Below, one piece after another: positions 53,387 to 64,000 of a DNA stretch of 64,000 nt. The position numbers and the translations under genes are program-made. Positions within the stretch are counted from its first letter, which is position 1; every line of letters begins with the position of its first letter. The notes under the pieces were generated by a model that worked only from the letters and a program-made list of their open reading frames with translations, was not told the origin of the DNA and ran no database searches. The stretch is from the human T2T-CHM13v2.0 reference genome, Homo sapiens: NCBI RefSeq assembly GCF_009914755.1, contig NC_060933.1; one strand, given 5' to 3'.

Positions 53387-53970
53387 GGCCAGGTGCAGTG
53401 GCTTAGGCCTGTAATCCCAGCACTTTGGGAGGCCAGGGCGGGTGGATCACCCGAGGTTAGGAATTTGAGACCAAGCTGGCCAACATGGTGAAACCCTGTC
53501 TCTACTAAAAATACAAAAATTAGCCACGCGTGGTGGCGCACCCCTGTAATCCCAGCTAATAGGGAGGCTGAGGAAGGAGAATCACTTAAACCCGGGAAAC
53601 AAGAGGTTGCAGTGAGCCAACCAAGATCATGCCACTGCACTCCAGCCTGCATGAGTGAGACCCTGTTTCAAAAAAAAATGAAAATGAAAATGAAAATAAT
53701 CTTGGAATAAGAAAAACCTTCTGAAAGAAGATATTAAACATTAAGTCATAAATAAAAAGCACACGACTGTGGACCAAAGGCTAACAAAACCCCTCCTGAG
53801 TAGCTGGGATCACAGGCACACGCCACCACGCCCAGTTAATTTTTGTATTTTTAGTAGAGACGGGGTTTCGCCATGTTGGTCAGGCTGGTCTTGAACTCCT
53901 GACCTCATGATCTGCCTGCCTCTGCCTCCCAAAGTGCTAGGATTGCAGGCGTGAGCCACCCACCTGGCCT
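53387..53970. mobile_element. Inverted Alu pair (+ 53387-53697; - 53790-53970)
   Basis: Opposite orientations about 90 bp apart. Confidence 0.9.
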
Positions 53971-54149
53971 CAGACAGTACATTTTAAGATATTATTAATG
54001 TTGGGAAGATGTTAAGTAACATGAGGCTGAAGACTGTAAGTGAGGATCACCTGCTTATTTACTATTACAGTAAGAGCTTACTGATACTTCCAGATATGTA
54101 GAGCAGAAAATTCTCTTTCAGAATCGGATTTGTTTTGTTTTGTCTTGTT

Positions 54150-54700
54150 TTAAACAAAATTAGACACAATTCACATACTACACAATTATCTATTATTTAA
54201 AGTATACAATTCAATTTTTTTTTTTTAGTATATTCACAAAGTTGTACAACCATCATCACAATTTTAGGACATTTTCACCACCCTAAAAAGAAACCTCAAG
54301 CCCATTTATCTCTTCCCTGAGCCACTGACAACCACCACTCCAACTTCTGTGTATTTGCCAATTCTGGACATTTCATATAAACAGAATCATAAAACATGTG
54401 GTCTTTGTAATCAGGTTCATTCACCTACCATAATGTTTGCAAGGTTCATCCACACTGAACCGCGTACCAATCCATTCCTTTCTATGGCTAAATAATATTC
54501 CAGTATATGGATATACCACATTTTGTTTCACTCTGGAAATATTAAGACTAATGCTGTTTTGACATCCATTTATAAGTTTTTGTGTGAACGTTTATTTTCA
54601 TTTCTCTTGTTGGGTCACTTGATCTCTCTATTCAACCTTTTGAGGAACTGCCAAACTGTTTTCCAAACTGACGGCATCGTTTATAATTCCACCAGCAATA
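54150..54700 (-). mobile_element. L1MB 3' end
   Basis: ttagtatattcacaaagttgtacaaccatca...tctggacatttcatataaa...ttgaggaactgccaaactgttttcca. Confidence 0.75.
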
Positions 54701-54729
54701 TATTACAGTTCCTCTGGCATTTTTTGAGT

Positions 54730-54950
54730 AGAATGACTTTGGAGTCAGACTTCAATACAATTCAGGAATTTACAGACTATGTGAACTTAGGTAAGTCACT
54801 TAACAAATCATATGCCTCCCTCATCTGTAAAATTAGAATATTATTATCTACTTATATGTAGGTAATCTACAGAGCTGTTCTGAGAGATATTAAAGTTAGA
54901 TGTATGAAAAAGCTCATAGCACAGTGCCTGGCACACAGCAATTCAAGAAA
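54730..54950 (+). mobile_element. MIR
   Basis: ctttggagtcagac...ctcatctgtaaaat...agcacagtgcctggcaca. Confidence 0.7.
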
Positions 54951-55379
54951 TGGTACTACAATTAACACTTCTATTCACATCAAGGCTGTGATTTACCTGT
55001 GAGACACTGCCTAAGTCCTCAATTTTTTTTGCTAGAGCTGTTTCATTGCCCTCATTTTTTGAGGAGGAAGGGGAAGAGATAACATGTCTGTCTCTCCAGC
55101 CACATAATAGGCTCCCTAATTTATCTTTTCATCTTCCAGCATGCAGCACATTTCCTGACTCATGGCAAGTACTAAGTAATTGCAAAAGCAAAGCATGAGA
55201 GAAAAGAAATAAAAGAAAGAGTTTTTAAAAGATAAAAAGGAAAAGGGGAAGAAAGGAAATGAAGCCTTCCTGATTTCTCCCTCCCTTTCCTAGTCTACAC
55301 TTCCATCAGTCCCTCCACCTACAGACCCCAATGAGATTTAATGACCTCTTCCTCCTTTCTCCTGTACAAGCTGCTTAGC

Positions 55380-56407
<1,028 letters not shown>

Positions 56408-57299
56408 GGATAAAACTGTAGTACAACTATTGTTTACATATATATATATATATATATACACGTATAAATTCAATTTCCCCTGCTGGACCACGACCACATG
56501 TTTTTAGAGTCAGAGACTGAGCCTTGGTCATCTTTATGATCTCCGTAACATACATCAAGTTTTGTTCAAAGAAGGCCATACTTAAAAAGTTTACTTAATA
56601 CATAAAGACTTTGAGTAACAGCATTATTCTGACCTTAGGCCTAACAAAGAAACCAACCAAGTGAAGCAAGGGGCATATGACAACTGAATAAATGTAACAA
56701 GACAAAGCTGGGGGAAGTGACCTCTCTTCTTACATTCAGGGCTATATTTCTTGAAAGGTCCATTCTAAAGACAGCCCTGAGCATTTACTGAGTATCTACT
56801 CAGTATGTACCAGACATATGTACACAAGACAAAGCAAAAAGCAAGCAAGGCCCCTAGCTCCATGGAGCTTACAGCCCAGTAGAGAGCATTTGCCTGCCAT
56901 CCTAAAGACTCTAATCTCACTCCCACTCCAGAAATTTCATTTCTGCAATTGCTTAATTCATTAAGTAAGTACTTATCAAGCCCTCGCTACATGTCAAGTC
57001 TACCCTAGACACTGGGAACATAGGAATAAATAACACAAGGTCCCTGCTCTTCATGAATTTTACTTTAACCAATTCTATAAAGATGCATTTCTTTGCCAAT
57101 AATTCTGTGAAATACCCGTATGCTCTAACTTTTAAATAAATTTTAATAGTAACATGTGTACATAAGCTTAAAAAGTAAAAAAAGAATGAAATGGATTATG
57201 ATGAAAAAAGAATCCCATTGCCTTCTTCTCTATCCCTAGTCTCCCTTCCCAGAGGCAAATATTCCCCAAATCTTACAGGCATTCCCTCCAGTATTGAAG

Positions 57300-58487
<1,188 letters not shown>

Positions 58488-58819
58488 TTAATATTTTTTA
58501 AATACTGAAATGTATTGGAGGAAAGAGGTAGTTAATGAAGGAGATAAAAGAAGAGAAAGAGCCAGAGGAAAGAAAGAATATGTGTGGAGATATAAGAGGA
58601 CCAAGAAGGAAATGTCTGATTTGATTGATTTTCTTGTGTGTTAATGAGAGGCTAGTAGTGAAAGGACTGGTTCTACTTTGTATTTTTCCATTTGAATGGA
58701 AATATGAGGACTTCGGGCGGCGGGGGTGCGGTTTCCAATTTCCAGAGCATCTCCTTATTCTTCTTGAGGAGAGATAAAGAGAATTCAGACATTCCGAATC
58801 CAAACAAAAATCTGGCCCT

Positions 58820-60033
58820 AATGAGGATTAAAAAAAAAAAAATCAACATGGCTTTTCTATACTCTCACAACATTTCTGGCACACAATTTATGAGTTGTCC
58901 ACACCAAGCAATCCTTCAGTTCTCCACGGACATCACTTGAACATCCTATAATTCTAACACTAACTACCCATAGTTAATGTAGACCCCAAAGGTAAAGGGC
59001 TCAGTCCCACAAGACTGCCTCCCACTTCAGATGCCAATTGCAAGTAGTGGGTCCTCAGGCTAACCACAACTTTTGTCAGTTTGGCTACAAATCAGAGGTT
59101 CCCAACACCCCTTCTTCTGATTCAATAATTTGCTACAATGGCTCATAAAACTCAAGGAAACATCTATAATCATGCATTGCTTAATGATGAGAATACATTC
59201 TGAGAAATGCATGGTTAGGTAACTGAATCGTTGTGCGAACATCATACCAGAGAGTCAGGCTATATGGTATACTTAGACAACAGGGCATAACCTACTGCCC
59301 CTAGAGCACAAACCTGTATAGCACGTTACTGTACTGAATACTGTAGGCAACTGTAACACAATGGTATTTGCGTATCAAAACACATCTAAACATAGAAAAG
59401 GTACAGTAAAAATATAGTATTATAATCTCAGGGGACCAGTCATATACATAGTCCCTCTTTGACAAAAACACATTATGTGGCACAAGACTGCACTTTTGTT
59501 TACTGGTTTACTATAAAGGTTAAAGATGAACAGCTAATGAAAGAGGCACATGGGGTTAAGATATGGAGGAAAGGGGAATGGGCAGAGCTTCCATGCCCTT
59601 TTTAGGCACACCATCCTCCCAGCACCTCAATGTCTTCACCAACCCAGAAGCTCTCCAAACTCTATTATTTAGGGTTCCTATGGAGATTCCCTTAGGTAGG
59701 CATGACTGATAAAAATCATTGGCCATTGGTAACTGAACTCAATCTTCAGCCCCTCTCCTCTCTCTGGAGGGATGCTGGGTTGAAAGTTCCAACACTCAAA
59801 TTGCATGACTGGTTCCTTTGGCAACCACCAGCCCTCATCTAGAAGCTATCAAGGGGCCCACCAAGACTCACTTCGTTAGCAGAAACTCAGGTATAGCTGA
59901 AAGGAGCTAATTACAAATTAAGACGCTTCTCTCACCCCAATCACTCAGGAAATTCCTAGGGTTTTAGGACCTCTGTGCCAGGAATTAGGGATGAAGAACA
60001 AATATGTATTTTTTATTATATCACATTATCACA
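58820..60033 (-). mobile_element. MER21C-like LTR interrupted by Tigger3
   Basis: agggctcagtcccacaagactgcctcccacttcagatgcc...gaaattcctagggttttagg...ttatatcacattatcaca. Confidence 0.75.
59168..59491. mobile_element. Tigger3a-like DNA transposon
   Basis: tcatgcattgcttaatgatgagaatacattctgagaaatgc...cattatgtggcacaagactg terminal repeats. Confidence 0.75.
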
Positions 60034-60115
60034 GTGGTCCACTCCTTGAGTTGTGAGATAAATAATCTAATTCCCTTCGTATTCTCCCATGGCTTAATAT
60101 TAATCTGGGTATTAA

Positions 60116-60792
<677 letters not shown>

Positions 60793-61054
60793 AGAAATAC
60801 TATTTCAGCCATTCAGGAGAAAATGCCAGTTACATATATGGTAAGCATGAGTCATCACTATTAATTACTATTTATTATAACTATTATTTTCACTATTACC
60901 ATTTATGATAACTAAACATAACACACTTATTTTACAATTTAGTACCTATAGGAATTCAAATCTCTAGGCTAAGAAACCTGAAATCTCTAGTATCTTCCCT
61001 AACTATTAAATAAGATGAGAAGGTAAATTGCTGCTGTGATTTCTAGTATAGAGA

Positions 61055-61435
61055 AAAGATTGATATTCACAGTGGAGATAAGAGAGAAGAATGATAGCTA
61101 CCAGAGGCTGGGGAGGGTAGAGGAGGGGCTGGGTGGGGGAAGTAAGGATGGTTAATGGGTACAAAAAAAAAAAGAGTAAGATCTAGTATCTGACAGCACA
61201 ACAGGGTGACTATAGTCAACATAAGTTTAATTATACATTCTAAAATAACTAAAAACAGTATAACTGGATTGTAACACAAAGGATAAATGCTTGAGGTGAT
61301 GGATACCCCCCCCTTACCCTAATGTGATTATTAGGCATTGTATGCCTGTATCAAAATATCTCATGTACCCCCATAAATATATACACCTACTAGGTACCCA
61401 CAAAAATTAAAATTTAAAAATTTTTAAAAAAGAAA
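61055..61435 (+). mobile_element. L1MA 3' end
   Basis: taccagaggctggggaggg...gcacaacagggtgactatagtcaa...gtacccacaaaaattaaaa. Confidence 0.8.
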
Positions 61436-61441
61436 ACATAG

Positions 61442-62671
<1,230 letters not shown>

Positions 62672-63562
62672 TACATGTAACTTTTAAACCAGATATTCCA
62701 ATCCTAAAAGTACATCTCACAAACATACTTGGCCCTCAAACTGATGTGTGTACAAATTATGCATCACGGTTTATTGCATGCCTCTCAAGATTAGAACTGG
62801 CTCCATGAGGGCAGGAAATTCCCTTGCCTTATACATTATATCCCAAGTGGAAAGAATAGTGCCTGGCACATAGCAGGTGATCAATATTTGCTCAACAGAA
62901 TGAGTAAAATCAATTATTTTAAAGGCTTAAATGCCCACCAATAAGAGAATACTCTGCAACTATAAGTGGAGGGTGGGTGGGAAGAGGAAGCTCTTTATGT
63001 ACTGATAAAGAAAAAGCTCCACTATATACTGTCACAGAAACAAAGCAATGTGTGGAACAGCACAGTGGGCCACCACTGTGGAAAAAAGTGGGGACTGGCG
63101 GAGGTACAGATGTATAGAAACTGATCACACTGTCTCTATAAGTCTAGGGAGAACAACGAAGCAGGACAGGCATCAAAGAAAGCCTTTTCACTGTATGCTT
63201 TTTCCTATTTTTAAATTTTTGAACCATGCGAATATATTACCTATTTAAAAAATAAACTTTAGAAAAGAGTGGTCTTACTCTAAATTACAGTGGTTATAAT
63301 ATGAAGCAGATTGTTAAAGATACTTGAGGTTGCCAAGTTGAAATGCAAGGCAAACACGAGAGTAGTAATTTTTAAATGAGATGTGACCTATACCTAAGAA
63401 TTATTTGTATTCCAAAACAAAAAGTAAAAATTAAGTAGAAATTTACTCTAATAATTTATATTATTCTGTGAAGTCAATATAGTTGTTTGAATAACAGGCA
63501 TCATTTAGAGGGAGAAACTGAATTTGAAAAAACAATAGTTAATGATCAGTACTGGTTCTTAA

Positions 63563-63910
<348 letters not shown>

Positions 63911-64000
63911 CTCTGAATGGAGTTTTTATACACCACAAACCTAATCCAGTTCTTTGCAACTCTTTTTGTATCCATGAGAACCTATAGATTTTTACTTCCT

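Overview
Human (primate) genomic DNA covering the 5' half of the RING-H2 E3 ubiquitin ligase gene RNF38 on the minus strand. The gene is recognised from the exon-encoded peptides MACK / ISPGANSASL...AFFQ / SEDSPSPKRQR...MRPWE...RNRR. Visible parts are a CpG-island promoter (~28.2-29.3 kb), three coding exons (28070-28081, 18440-18589, 3906-4099) and a well-formed 71-nt upstream exon (52588-52658) that implies a distal promoter beyond the right edge; the RING-encoding exons lie beyond the left edge. Most of the rest is transposon-derived: about 50 Alus, a full-length Hsmar1 mariner, MER41A, MER4 and MER21 LTRs, MaLR LTRs, an L1PB retaining its 5' UTR, Tigger/MER2 elements, MIR/L2 and microsatellites. 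Nearly all long ORFs in the supplied track are repeat artefacts. No new gene system can be demonstrated from sequence alone. The best leads are a set of splicing and translation control elements at the RNF38 5' end: a textbook recursive-splice-site (AG|GTGAGT) poison exon, other cryptic or phase-0 exons, a hybrid first exon with a uORF, a strong out-of-frame decoy ATG, and an Alu-flanked exon whose circular form would carry a junction-spanning 70-aa ORF. Repeat family names and boundaries were assigned by eye and are approximate.
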